A stretch of 64,000 nt of DNA from Eledone cirrhosa (lineage: Eukaryota). The position numbers and the translations under genes were made by a program. Position 1 is the first letter of the stretch. Each line of letters starts with the position of its first letter. The notes under the pieces are model-generated. The model saw only the letters and a program-made list of their open reading frames with translations. It was not told the DNA's origin and did no database searches. The stretch is from contig OZ024741.1 in assembly GCA_964016885.1 (NCBI GenBank), positions 42,904,001 to 42,968,000 on the forward strand, written 5' to 3'. Shown here piece after piece: positions 33,445 through 46,258 of the stretch.

Positions 33445-36400
33445 TGTTGCTATTCCTTGAATCTCAGTCATTGATGTTGGTTAACTGGAAAGTCCGTTGG
33501 AATGAATATCAAGCCACTACCTGCAGCCTCAGATATTCAGGACGTATCGGAGGGTTCTTGCTGTTCCAAGCAAGCATGCCTTTTGAAGCGTTCCAAAAAG
33601 CGTGAAGGGGCCGATTTTCTTTAACCATCCCTGGAAACTTTTGGAGATAGTCCCCAGTGCGCCTATGACAATCGGGATCACTTTGACTTCATGGCAGTTC
33701 TAAATCCTTTTCACCTCCCACTTTAGGTCCTGGTATCGGTTAATTTTCTCCCTCTCCTTCTCTTGCACTATCGTGTCGAACGGGCAGGCCACATCCACAA
33801 TCAGACACGATCTTTTTTCTTTGTCCACAACCACCAGGTCAGGTCTATTGTGTTCCAGTTTTTTGTCCGTCTGTATCCGAAAATCCCACAGCACCTTCAC
33901 CTGATTGTTCTCCATCACCGCCTCTGGCCTATGCTCATACCATTTCTCAGAATGTGGTAAATTGTTTACTTTGCACAGGTGCCAGTGGATCACCCTGCCC
34001 ATCACATCGTGTCTCCAGCCCTTATAGTGGGTCTGGGCTAGGTGTTTACACTCGGAGACAATGTGAGCCACAGTCTCCTCTCTCTCTCCACAGATCCTGC
34101 ACAGTGGGCTAGCCTCCTCCTTGTAAATATGGTGCTTCAACCACTTCGTTTTGAGGGCATGCTCCTGCGCAGCCATTAGCATTCCTTCTGTAGCCTTTTT
34201 GAGGTCTCCTCTTCTCAACCAGTTCCATGTCTGTGGATCTCTAAATTCAGTTTTCTCAAAGAAGGTACTATGAAGGGATTTTTCCTTAAGGCTGATCTAC
34301 CTCCTTGATGTTATTTCCTCCTTGGACATCCCCTGGCCTACTGTCCCCTCCTTCAGTACAGTTCTGAGCATTGGCTCCTTACTATAGGTCACGTATTTGT
34401 ATAGGTTGTTTTTCTCCATCTGAACACAGTCCTCTATGCTGATAAGACCTCTTCCACCCTCAGATCTCCTTAGGTAGAGTCTATCGACATCACTCCTCTT
34501 GTGGAACATGTTGTAGATAGTCAATAGCTTCCTAGTCTTCCTATCCATTTCTTTTTGTTCAGCAACATTCCATCTCAGAATTCCCGCACTGTACCTAATA
34601 ATAGACACAGCTCGGGAATTTACTGCGCTTATGGCATTTCTGCTGTTCAGATGTGACTTCAATACGCTCCTTACTCTCCGAATGTATTCAGTTCTTAACA
34701 ATTCCTTCATTTTTTTGTTCTTTATGCCATCAGCCTCCAGAACGCCCAAATACTTGTATCATTCCTCAGAGTCAATTTCCTTTATCATCTCACATGTTGT
34801 TATCTGGATCCCGTTACTTCTGCTCAACCTACCCCTCCTCATCACAATGGCTCCACATTTACCAATACCAAACTGCATACATATATCACTGCTGAAAATA
34901 CGGACAGTGTCAACAAGCACATCCAACTCCTTCTCACTTTTCCCGAAGAGCTTAAGATCGTCCATGAAGAGGAGGTGATTGATGGTAAGCTCTCCCCTTC
35001 CCAACTTGTATCCTGCTCTCACTTTTCGCAGCATAATGGTCAAGGGCATCAGGGCAAGGACAAACAACAGAGGGGACAGGCTATCTCCCTGGAAGATACC
35101 TCTCTTTATCCTCACGCTTCCCAAGGATACTCCAGTTGATGTCAACTCTGTCTCCCAGGACCCCATACTCCTGCCCAGCAATTGTCTGATGTTATCTGCC
35201 ACCCTGAAGATCTCCAGGCTTTTGGTGATCCAAGAATGAGGCACCATGTCAAATGCCTTTCTGTAGTCTATCCATCCCATGGCAAGATCAGTGTGTCTCC
35301 TCCTGCAATTCCCCATTACCATCTTATCAATAAGTAACTGGTCCTTTGTACCACGTGACTTCTTTCGGCATCCTTTCTGTTCGTCCGGTAACAAGTTGTT
35401 TGTGTGGAGGTGATGGTAGACTTCCTCAGACACAATGCTCGTCAACAGTTTCCACATTACGGACAGACATGTGATAGGTCTATAGTTGGTAACATCATTA
35501 CCCTTGATTCGGTCTTTCATTATCAGAACTGTGGTACCTTTTGTCAACCACTCTGGCACCTCACCCGACACCAAGCAGTCATTGAACATGGCCGTCAGCT
35601 TCGGGTGGAGGGATGTTAAATGTTTAATCCAATACCCCTGCGCACCATCTGGGCCTGGTGATTTCCAGTTGGTTAGTTTTTTGGCCTGCCCCTTAAGAGT
35701 TTCAACTGTGATACTCAAATCAGTTTGTTGTTGTGCCTGTTCACCAACCTCCCTCTGTACTGTCTCAATCCACCCTGCCTGGACATTATGTCTAACATCC
35801 TGCTCCCATATTCCTCTCCAGAATGTTTTAGTTTGTTCCGCCTCAGGGATCAAGTCGTTGCCTTTTTCTTTCCCCTCAAGCTGTCTAAACAGCATCTTCT
35901 GGTTGTTGTCGAACATGCGGTTCTGTTTATACTGACTGACTCTGTTCTCGTATCGCCTGATTTTTGCACTCTTTGCTACAATACGTTGCTTCAGTTCCTC
36001 TATGATAATATTTAGCTTTTTCCTTCTAGTTTTGTATTTTATTTCCAGTCAATTTTTAGTGCCTATGTTTTTTAGTGTCCCATTCAGTAGTGACTCAAGC
36101 TTTCCTATGTCATTTCTCATTTCCCCGATTTGCCCACTCAGTCGCTTCTTCCACCACGGCTCTGCTCTTTCTTGTCTGTTGTTTCCTCTCGCTTTTATAC
36201 CAAGTAGTTTCCTCACCGTATTTGCTGTTGCTTTGAGGATATTGTTGCACTGGTGAAGGCTCCTCGCCTCAAGGTATGGGATAACTTTGTTTACCTTAGC
36301 TGTTGTTTCTTTTAACTTTTTCCTGTCTACAAATCTTAGCTTCATAGGTCTCCCACTATCATTGTTCAATTCATCTACCTCTAAATTTAGGATGTCAACC

Positions 36401-37160
36401 GAAACTTGTCCTAGCCCGTCAGCATTCATCTCCTCAGTGGCCGTATCTCTGTTCCAGGTATTATTTATCTCAGTATTCAGATCATTGTCTGCTTCGGGTG
36501 GTTCCTCCGTTCTCAGGACCTCTTCACCTTCATTTCCCACTGGCTCGCTTGTCTGGCATACTACACCCGCCATCTCCAAGCCATTCTCTCTGCTCAGTTC
36601 CTCCAGTTCCAGCTCGCTCATCCACCCATTAGTTCTTATTACCCGAGCCTGCCCGGCCAATTTTTGTTCATCTAATTTAAATAAACCAATCTTGTTCCAG
36701 ATGTTATGCATCCGTCTCCTGTAGCCCCTCTCCTTGGGGTTACTTTTCAGGTAACATTGCATAACAGTTCTATTCAATTCTTTCGTCCAGTTGGTTCTGG
36801 CCCCTTTCCTTCTTCTCCTTCCTCCAACATCAGCAGTATTTGGTTGACAGTCAGGTTCCTGCTGCTGAGCCAGGGGGCACCTGTTGGCTGAGAGTCTGTC
36901 ACATGACGTTCTAGTCTCCATTTCACCGTTATTCGAACTGTTTATGTTCGATATTTAAACACTCTTATCGAGGATTGGCGAATGTATGGTTACATAGCCA
37001 TCTGTGGATCCGCCATTCCACTTGGCCCTTGTGTGGCATTATCACCACGCTGTATACGAACACACATAAACAAACAAACACACAGGCAGAAAGGGCCCCC
37101 AAAATGAATAAGCATAAGTTTCATTGTAATGTAGTGTTCGAATGTCTGACTTAGTTTTTG

Positions 37161-37165
<5 letters not shown>
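33445..37165 (-). mobile_element. Dong family A copy A2, complete ORF region with a few stops
   Basis: ORF segments 36049-36921, 34759-35916, 34297-34749, 33700-34218; (ATT)n flanks. Confidence 0.93.
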
Positions 37166-37223
<58 letters not shown>

Positions 37224-40200
37224 GTTGTTATTCCTTGAATCTCAGTCATTGATGTTGGTTAACTGGAAAGTCCGTTGGATTGAATATCAAGCCACTACCT
37301 GCAGCCTCAGATATTCAGGACGTATCGGAGGGTTCTTGCTGTTCCAAGCAAGCATGCCTTTTGAAGCGTTCCAAAAAGCGTGAAGGGGCCGATTTTCTTT
37401 AACCATCCCTGGAAACTTTTGGAGTTAGTCCCCAGTGCGCCTATGACAATCGGGATCACTTTGACTTCATGGCAGTTCCAAATCCTTTTCACCTCCCACT
37501 TTAGGTCCTGGTATCGGTTAATTTTCTCCCTCTCCTTCTCTTGCACTCTCGTGTCGAACGGGCAGGCCACATCCACAATCAGACACGATCTTTTTTCTTT
37601 GTCCACAACCACCAGGTCAGGTCTATTGTGTTCCAGTTTTTTGTCCGTCTGTATCCTAAAATCCCACAGCACCTTCACCTGATTGTTCTCCATCACCGCC
37701 TCTGGCCTATGCTCATACCATTTCTCAGAATGTGGTAAATTGTTTACTTTGTACAGGTGCCAGTGGATCACCCTGCCCATCACATCGTGTCTCCAGCCCT
37801 TATAGTGGGTCTGGGCTAGGTGTTTACACTCGGACACAATGTGAGCCACAGTCACCTCTCTCTCTCCACAGATCCTGCACAGTGGGCTAGCCTCCTCCTT
37901 GTAGATATGGTGCTTCAACCACTTCCTCTTGAGGGCCTGCTCCTGCGCAGCCATTAGCATTCCTTCCGTAGCCTTTTTGAGGTCTCCTCTTCTCAACCAG
38001 TTCCATGTCTGTGGATCTCTAAATTCAGTTTTCTCAGAGAAGGTACTATGAAGGGATTTTCCCTTAAGGCTGCTCTTCCTCCTTGATGTTATTTCCTCCT
38101 TGGACATCCCCTGGCCTACTGTCCCCTCCTTCAGTACAGTTCTGAGCATTGGCTCCTTACTATAGGTCACGTATTTGTATAGGTTGTTTTTCTCCATCTG
38201 AACACAGTCCTCTATGCTGATAAGACCTCTTCCACCCTCAGATCTCCTTAGGTAGAGTCTATCGACATCACTCCTCTTGTGGAACATGTTGTAGATAGTC
38301 AATAGCTTCCTAGTCTTCCTATCCATTTCTTTTTGTTCAGCAATATTCCATCTCAGAATTCCCGCTCTGTACCTAATAATAGACACAGCTCGGGAATTTA
38401 CTGCGCTTATGGCATTTCTGCTGTTCAGATGTGACTTCAATACGCTCCTTACTCTCCGAATGTATTCAGTTCTTAACAATTCCTTCATTTTTTTGTTCTT
38501 TATGCCATCAGCCTCCAGAACGCCCAAATACTTGTATCCTTCCTCAGAGTCAATTTCCTTTATCATCTCACCTGTTGGTATCTGGATCCCGTTACTTCTG
38601 CTCAACCTACCCCTCTTCATCACAATGACTCCACATTTACCAATACCAAACTGCATACATATATCACTGCTGAAAATACGGACAGTGTCAACAAGCACAT
38701 CCAACTCCTTCTCACTTTTCCCGAAGAGCTTAAGATCGTCCATGAAGAGGAGGTGATTGATGGTAAGCTCTCCCCTTCCCAACTTGTATCCTGCTCTCAC
38801 TTTTCGCAGCATAATGGTCAAGGGCATCAGGGCAAGGACAAACAACAGAGGGGACAGGCTATCTCCCTGGAAGATACCTCTCTTGATCTTCACGCTTCCC
38901 AAGGATACTCCAGTTGATGTCAACTCTGTCTCCCAGGACCCCATACTCCTGCCTAGCAACTGTCTGATGTTATCTGCCACCCTGAAGATCTCCAGGCTTT
39001 TGGTGATCCAGGAATGAGGCACCATGTCAAATGCCTTTCTGTAGTCTATCCATCCCATGGCAAGATCAGTGTGTCTCCTCCTGCAATTCCCCATTACCAT
39101 CTTATCAATAAGTAACTGGTCCTTTGTACCACGTGACTTCTTTCGGCATCCTTTCTGTTCGTCCGGTAACAAGTTGTTTGTGTTGAGGTGATGGTAGATT
39201 TCCTCAGACACAATGCTCGTCAACAGTTTCCACATTACGGACAGACATCTGATAGGTCTATAGTTGGTAACATCATTACCCTTGATTCGGTCTTTCATTA
39301 TCAGAACTGTGGTACCTTTTGTCAACCACTCTGGCACCTCACCCGACACCAAGCAGTCATTGAACATGGCCGTCAGCTTCGGGTGGAGGGATGTTAAATG
39401 TTTAATCCAATACCCCTGCACACCATCTGGGCCTGGTGATTTCCAGTTGGTTAGTTTTTTGGCCTGCCCCTTAAGAGTTTCAACTGTGATACTCAAATCA
39501 GTTTGTTGTTGTGCCTGCTCACCGATCTCCCTCTGTACTGTCTCAATCCACCCTGCCTGGGCATTGTGTCTAACATCCTGATCCCATATTCCTCTCCAGA
39601 ATGTTTTAGTTTGCTCCGCCCCAGGGATCAAGTCGTTGCCTCTTTCTTTCCCCTCAAGCTGTCCAAACAGCATCTTCTGGTTGTTGTCGAACATGCGGTT
39701 CTGTTTATACTGACTGACTCTGTTCTCGTATCGCCTGATTTTTGTACTCTTTGCTACAATGCGTTGCTTCAGTTCCTCTATGATAATATTTAGCTTTTTC
39801 CTCCTAGTTTTGTATTTTATTTCCAGTCTATTTTTAGTGCCTATGTTTTTTAGTGTCCCATTCAGTAGTGACTCAAGCTTTCCTATGTCATTTCTCATTT
39901 CCCCGATTTGCCCACTCAGTCGCTTCTTCCACCACGGCTCTGCTCTTTCTTGTCTGTTGTTTCCTCTCGCTTTTATACCAAGTAGTTTCCTCACCGTATT
40001 TGCTGTTGCTTTGAGGATATTGTTGCACTGGTGAAGGCTCCTCGCCTCAAGGTATGGGATGACTTTGTTTACCTTAGCTGTTGTTTCTTTTAACTTTTTC
40101 CTGTCTACAAATCTTAGCTTCATAGGTCTCCCACTATCATTGTTCAATTCATCTACCACTAAATTTAGGATGTCAACCGAATCTTGTCCTAGCCCGTCAG

Positions 40201-40279
40201 CATTCATCTCCTCAGTGGCCGTATCTCTGTTCCAGGTATTATTTATCTCAGTATTCAGATCATTGTCTGCTTCGGGTGT
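37224..40279 (-). mobile_element. Dong family A copy A4, 5'-truncated, uninterrupted ORF
   Basis: Nearly identical to A2, arranged head-to-tail across (ATT)n. Confidence 0.95.
37307..40207 (-). CDS. R4/Dong-clade RT + CCHC zinc knuckle + restriction-like endonuclease (966 aa, N-terminally truncated)
   Basis: KSPGPDG, NYRPI, WIDYRKAFD, GIFQGDSLSP, FMDD, YKYLG, CRIC-x8-H-x4-C, RHD, RPDLVV..IVDVACP..K..RYQDL. Confidence 0.93.
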   Translation of the reverse strand: MNADGLGQDSVDILNLVVDELNNDSGRPMKLRFVDRKKLKETTAKVNKVIPYLEARSLHQCNNILKATANTVRKLLGIKARGNNRQERAEPWWKKRLSGQIGEMRNDIGKLESLLNGTLKNIGTKNRLEIKYKTRRKKLNIIIEELKQRIVAKSTKIRRYENRVSQYKQNRMFDNNQKMLFGQLEGKERGNDLIPGAEQTKTFWRGIWDQDVRHNAQAGWIETVQREIGEQAQQQTDLSITVETLKGQAKKLTNWKSPGPDGVQGYWIKHLTSLHPKLTAMFNDCLVSGEVPEWLTKGTTVLIMKDRIKGNDVTNYRPIRCLSVMWKLLTSIVSEEIYHHLNTNNLLPDEQKGCRKKSRGTKDQLLIDKMVMGNCRRRHTDLAMGWIDYRKAFDMVPHSWITKSLEIFRVADNIRQLLGRSMGSWETELTSTGVSLGSVKIKRGIFQGDSLSPLLFVLALMPLTIMLRKVRAGYKLGRGELTINHLLFMDDLKLFGKSEKELDVLVDTVRIFSSDICMQFGIGKCGVIVMKRGRLSRSNGIQIPTGEMIKEIDSEEGYKYLGVLEADGIKNKKMKELLRTEYIRRVRSVLKSHLNSRNAISAVNSRAVSIIRYRAGILRWNIAEQKEMDRKTRKLLTIYNMFHKRSDVDRLYLRRSEGGRGLISIEDCVQMEKNNLYKYVTYSKEPMLRTVLKEGTVGQGMSKEEITSRRKSSLKGKSLHSTFSEKTEFRDPQTWNWLRRGDLKKATEGMLMAAQEQALKRKWLKHHIYKEEASPLCRICGEREVTVAHIVSECKHLAQTHYKGWRHDVMGRVIHWHLYKVNNLPHSEKWYEHRPEAVMENNQVKVLWDFRIQTDKKLEHNRPDLVVVDKEKRSCLIVDVACPFDTRVQEKEREKINRYQDLKWEVKRIWNCHEVKVIPIVIGALGTNSKSFQGWLKKIGPFTLFGTLQKACLLGTARTLRYVLNI

Positions 40280-40280
40280 C

Positions 40281-40313
<33 letters not shown>

Positions 40314-40314
<1 letters not shown>

Positions 40315-43300
40315 GGCGACCTACGCAGTTAATCGTATTATCGTGAGCTCCGCAAAGGTTTGTTAATTTCAGTTGTTTAAAATTGCCATTTATGGAACAT
40401 TTTTATTGTTAACTGTATATAAGTGAACATACATTGATTTCTGAAAAGGACACTCATAAAGATTGGGGCCTTGAGCCCAAAGTTTAAACTTTTTATAATT
40501 ATCAAACCAAAAATATTTCTTGGAAAAATCATGGCCGACTCAGAGCTGAACCCAGTAGCTGAGAGCCTTCCTCACAAACTAACACCTCACACCGACACCA
40601 CCATTGTAAATACTACTAGGTTTGCCAACACTAAAAAGATAAGCAATAGCAATATTTTTAATTTGTCTCAGGCAGACATTCATTTCCGGCCATTACCAAT
40701 GACTGCGGTGTTGAAGCCGCCACCCCCACCACCACCACAGCGGCAACAGAAACAAAAGAAAATAAAAATTAATTATTATCGTGATATGGAAACGAATTCA
40801 GCCAAAATGAACTCTTCCACACCGAACACCACTAACGCCAGCACCACGACAACTGAAACTAAAATTAACAATAACAAAAATAACGATAACAACAACAGCA
40901 ACAATGAGAATAAGAAAACCCTGTCTTTTGCCAGAGTAGCAAAAAAAGTGCGAAGTATTCCAACTAACTCAGGAGGAATTAGAAGAAGCAAAAAAAATGG
41001 TAAAGAAAGATGGGTACAGGGTCAGCTTCACCCCCCCCCCCCCCCGCCTAATAAAATGGAACATCGGCGCCTATGCACCGTGTCTTATCGGACGATTAAC
41101 ATAAAATCGCACCGAGTGGAACGGGCATCCGAGTCCCAAATCCAAAAAGCTTTGGGACATGTGTGGGCAAAAAAACCCACATCAGAAATGGGCAGAAATA
41201 TGGAACCGTAGACGTGTTCTTTGAAACACCACAGGAGGCCAGAGAACACTTCATGGCCCCCATTAAGAAGTGACGACTTCACACTCGTCCCAAGCTATTG
41301 TGGCCAGAGACTCGTAAGATCAGGGTGAGTCACGTACCACCGGCCATCAAAATTCCCTGGCTAATAGCTGCCGTCCTCGCCGGCATCGAAGCCAACACCA
41401 AGATAAACGAAATAGCGAAAGAAAAGCAGGAGAACTGGTCCGGATCTGGGATGGAGCTCCTGATCCAAGCGGACCACAAACACATTGAAGGGATCCCAGA
41501 GGTAATATACCTCACTGACGGCAGCCACCTCACCGTAATCGTCGAGGGCAGAAGGCCTAGGTGTGTCGTTTGTGGTGAAGGAACCCACCTAAGGGCTTTC
41601 TGCCCTCAGGCTAAAAGGTTGAGGCCACCTCTCTTAACCAACTCAGTGACTCAACCATCAACACCACCAGCCGCAGAAATGGCAGCAACAACTGTAGCAG
41701 CAACAACAGAAGCAAATGTAACAGCAACAACCCCAGCAACAGTAGCAAAACCAACACCACCACCACCCAACGCGCCAGAACTAGCACCAACGCCTACACC
41801 ATCCACCACGCCACAACCAACACCAACGCCTGTGGAGGATTTTCCACTCCCCGACCTATCGCAACTGGAGATAGATTGTGACGACGAGGAGTGGGAAACG
41901 GTATCAGGAAAAAAGAAAATAAGAAAAAGAAACCAAAAAAGAAAAAATTCTCTTCCTTCCCCCTCCAAAAACAAAATACAGAGGGAAACAAATAAACTAT
42001 CAAACAAAAAAGTTAGGACAGCTATGCCACCATCCACACCAGCATCACCAACCCCATCACCACAAACACCAACACCATCACAATCATTAACCCCAACACC
42101 ACCATCAACAACACCACAAAAGTCACCAAAAAGCGAAACAGAAACAAACCCACAACAAACGCAGACAAAACAAAACACCCCAAAACGATACACACTATAC
42201 AGCATTAAATTTGAACAACAACCAATTATTACACCACATCCAACACAACACCACCATCACAGAAAAAGACTACACAACAACCCAAAAGTTCACACCACCT
42301 CCAAACATACAGATCACTCGCATCAGACAGAAAACGTACACGACACTGAAACGAAAATTCCCCAAAGACATCGGAGACTTCCGACAGGCACTCTCCAGGA
42401 GGATTTATAAGGACATCTTTCCAGAGGAGGCCACGAGCAGTGAAAAGGATGGAGAAACCATCCTTCCTCTACGAGAAGTAAGGTAAGTGGTCTTTCCCAT
42501 CTTTTCCACTCCTTTTCAACATGACCTCACTCGGAATAGGCAGCATAAATGTGCGTGGCTTGGGGTCGTCATGGAAGCAGGGCCACCTGCTCCAACGACC
42601 TCAGGTCACTAAACATAAATGTAGTGGCCATCAGCGAGACCAGAATCTCCGAAGCACGGGCCTTCGCACCGATCTTCGGCGGCTACGATGTGTACGCATC
42701 TCCCACCCGTCCTGGATCGGGGGAGGATATTCTGTCCTTTTTCGGAGAGGTTTGGATCTTGCCATACGGGCCATCTTCCTGGACCCATAAGGTAAGTTGG
42801 TGGTGTAAGAAGGTAGTGTTAGTGGGCGACTGGAAAGGGTTCTTAGATGCACGCTGGGACTGTTTGGGATTAGCGGATATGGGAGGAGGGTGCAAGAACC
42901 TCACCAACCAGCTCAGGAGTTTTGAACTGTCTGACAGGTACCGATTGGATTTCCCGAATGTGCCAATGTTGACTTGGACAAATCGCATAGGGTCATCCAG
43001 ATCATATCTAGATAGAGTATTTTGTAGGGAAATAGATAGGTCTAGCATAGGCTGTCCACAATTCAAGATAGTCAGCTACACGGACCACAAATTCGTGATC
43101 TGTTGTTTATTTAGATAGGCTTCATAGACGATGATCCGGCTACTGGAAGCTAAAGGGCATCCTTACCAGCGCGCAAGGACTACAGAGGCCGGATTAACGA
43201 ACTAGTTAAGCGGGCGTTGACGGGGATCATCGTTAACAACAAGTGGTGGTTTGCTCTGAAAAGAGCGATTAGAATAGAGTCCATTAGGTTTAGTAATGCT

Positions 43301-46068
43301 TTAGCAATAGAGAAAAATAGTGCAGAGGGAGAACTAGTTACAAAATTAGACGAGGCGCTTAGCAAAGGCATCGCGACCGACGTACTTGCGGCGAAATTGG
43401 CCCTTGACCAATTCTTCAAATCAAAGCACGAAGGCTGCGTTGTCATAGCTAGGGTGCGTGCTCTCAGACACGAGGGCATGGAAGCCGTTCAATGGGCCCG
43501 AGTGGCGGAGGTGCGTCGTGGCAACAAAGCCACGATCCGGTCTATGGTGGACCACGACGGGCGCATGCTACTCGATCCCGGGAAAATATGTGAAGTTTTT
43601 CAGCGACATTTCGCCCTGCTGTTCGTGGGCAGCGGCGGGCTGGATCGAGGGATGGACTTTAGTGTCTATCTCGACGGACTGCTGCGGCTCTCGGCCACTG
43701 AGGCGGAGTGTTGCGAAAAGCCGATAACAACCGCTGAAGTACGGGAGGCAATGACTGGCTGCACAGGGGGTAAATCGCCTGGTTTGGATGGTCTGCCCTA
43801 TGAACTTTACGTACAGATGCCAGACATGTTCGGAAGCCTCTTGGCGGACGTCCACTGCAACTGGCAACAGAACGGGAGAATTCCCACCTCTGTGAGCCGA
43901 GGAGCTGTGGCGCTGCTGAGAAAGGATCCGAACAAGGGGGATAACATACATAATTTCAGGCCCATAACTCTGCTAAACACACAGTTCAAGATTTTGGCCA
44001 AGGTGCTAGCAAAGAGGTTGGCGCTTGTCGTTGGTAGTCTGGTGGGAGAGGCGCAGATGTGCGCCATTCCCGACAGTTCCATACACGACAACCTCCACCT
44101 CATGCGATACATCGTAGAGAGGGTAGCTAGGGAACCTGGCACTGGTGGGTCCTTGATCATTTTAGCTCAGTCGAAAGCTTTCGATAGGGTCAACGATCGT
44201 TACCTAGCGGCAGTCCTGAGGGCGGCTGGCTTTGAGCCCGTCTTCAGAGGCTGGATCGCTGCCATGCACAGCGATATCTGCTCTATGGTGAGAGTGAACG
44301 GTCACCTTTCGGAACCGTTAAACATCATGCGCTCGGTCCGCCAAGGATGTCCCCTCTCCTCCCTCTTGTACGTATTGACTGTCGAGCCATTACTGCACTA
44401 ACTGGAGCCGTTGAGGGGGGTCCCGCGCGAACTAGGATGCGGAAGATCCGTGTCAGAATATGCGGACGATGTCACCGTAGTAGTGTCGAACGCCAAACAC
44501 ATCGAGGCGATCAGCGCTACAGTAAAAGGATACGAAGCGTTGACAGGAGCAATGATCAACCAGGAAAAGTCAGTGGGCCTGCAGCTCGGCACTTGGAGAG
44601 GCAGGTCTATGCCGTCCAACAGCGTCGTCGGGCGCTGGACGGACGAACCGGTTAAATTGCTCGGGGTCTGGTTCGGTACGGACCTCCAGACGGACAAAGA
44701 CTGGGACGAGGTGACGAGCAGGGTTGCTGCTCTCACCCAGAAATGGGCCGAGAGGAAGCAATCCCTGAAAGTCGAGCGGAGGTGGCTAACGCGTACATCA
44801 CGTCCGTCATCTACTACCGCCTGACCGTCGTACCTTGTCCTAAGCCCCTCCTGACTGCGCTGGAGCGTTTGCTCTTTCGCTTTTTGTGGAAGGGACGCGC
44901 TCCGATGGTCAGGCGGTCTATCTGCTGTCAACACCCGCTACATGGAGGGTTGGGCATGCCGTGGCTGATGATGCGCAGACACGCGCTCAGGCTACGACAT
45001 CTCCACCTCTTCCTCGACGGTGATCAGGTGTGGTCGCCGTTTGCTAGACACGTATTTCCCCAGCTCGTCTCCTTGACGGAGCTGCAGTCCTGGGTCAAGC
45101 GAAGACCGAGAGGGAGCGCTTGGAGACTGGAATGTCTTCAGGCGCTCACAGCCCTCTACCAATCGGGCAATGTGATCGGTGGAAACTCCACCTTAGCGTT
45201 CTATAGAGGATTAGTGGAGGGGGAGAGCGACGACGTACTTGGAGAAACTCTAGCCGTCTACGAAAATCAACTAGCCAATCTCTTCGGAAGAACTTTCGGG
45301 CCGGGGTCTATGGACAACTTCCAGAAATCCCTGGCCTGGCAGTGCTACCGAGGAGCTTTACCAGTTCGGGATAAACTCTACAGGCATGGACGTGACGTCA
45401 GCTGTGCATGTCCGAGATGCGCGCAGGGCGACGAAACCGTCCTGTACGCACTCGTCCAGTGTCCGAGCATTGCTGACTTGTGGGTTTATGTCGAACACCT
45501 GCTGTCACGTGTAGGACGGATCCAGCTATCAGCTGAATCCATCGTGAGGATTGCCTCGCTCTTTACCTTTAGCCGGGAAGGGCAGGCAGTTTTTATCTGT
45601 CTGGTGGCCATGGCGAAAGAGATAGTATGGTGGATGCATCTGAAAGGGCTGAAGATGAGCACTTACCTCTTCGGTGATGCCCTGATTAACTTTTTCAATT
45701 TTCAATTGAAAAGGAAAATCAGGGTATAGAGGGAAGTGCTCTCTTCCCAGCATTTTGTTGAAAGATGGGTGAGAGAAGTAAGTATGGCCCGAGTGAATGG
45801 GCCTACTCTGAGTACGTATCTGTAAATTAAAGGTGGAAAACTGGGAGAGGGCACTTGCCTTGGTGGTCAGGGTCACTGTGGCCTTTTACTGGGCTTTTTC
45901 CACAAATGTCCCTCGGAAGTCTCCCCCCTATTGAGGAATTTTTTCTTTGTTATTTTATTACATCCTCTGTTTTTTACACGCAGAAATGCCCATTTGTACC
46001 GTCCTGTATTGTCCTGTACTGTCCTTAATGTCTACTTTATGTAAACCCTTGTGGTTAATAAAGAAAAC
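40314..46068 (+). mobile_element. Tx1-clade LINE copy T3, full length, decayed
   Basis: ORF1 with CVVCGEGTHLRAFC knuckle and Pro/Thr-rich tail; ORF2 APE-RT (EYADD) and CPRC..ETVLYAL..C; pure (ATT)n on both flanks. Confidence 0.92.
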
Positions 46069-46077
46069 ATTATTATG

Positions 46078-46124
<47 letters not shown>

Positions 46125-46132
46125 CATTATTA

Positions 46133-46138
46133 TATACA

Positions 46139-46210
<72 letters not shown>

Positions 46211-46258
46211 CGTATTGCTGAAATTGAAAGACAATTTTCTACGATACTTGTTATAACG
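46133..46258 (+). repeat. Right copy of the bracketing direct duplication
   Basis: 46209-46258 matches 14107-14156 at 49 of 50 positions and has the same (ATT)n-tatac-(GT)n prefix. Confidence 0.85.

Noticed and set aside
27346-40346. Recurrent plus-strand ORFs opposite Dong RT
   Set aside because: Antisense shadows of the RT frame, repeated only because the element is repeated.
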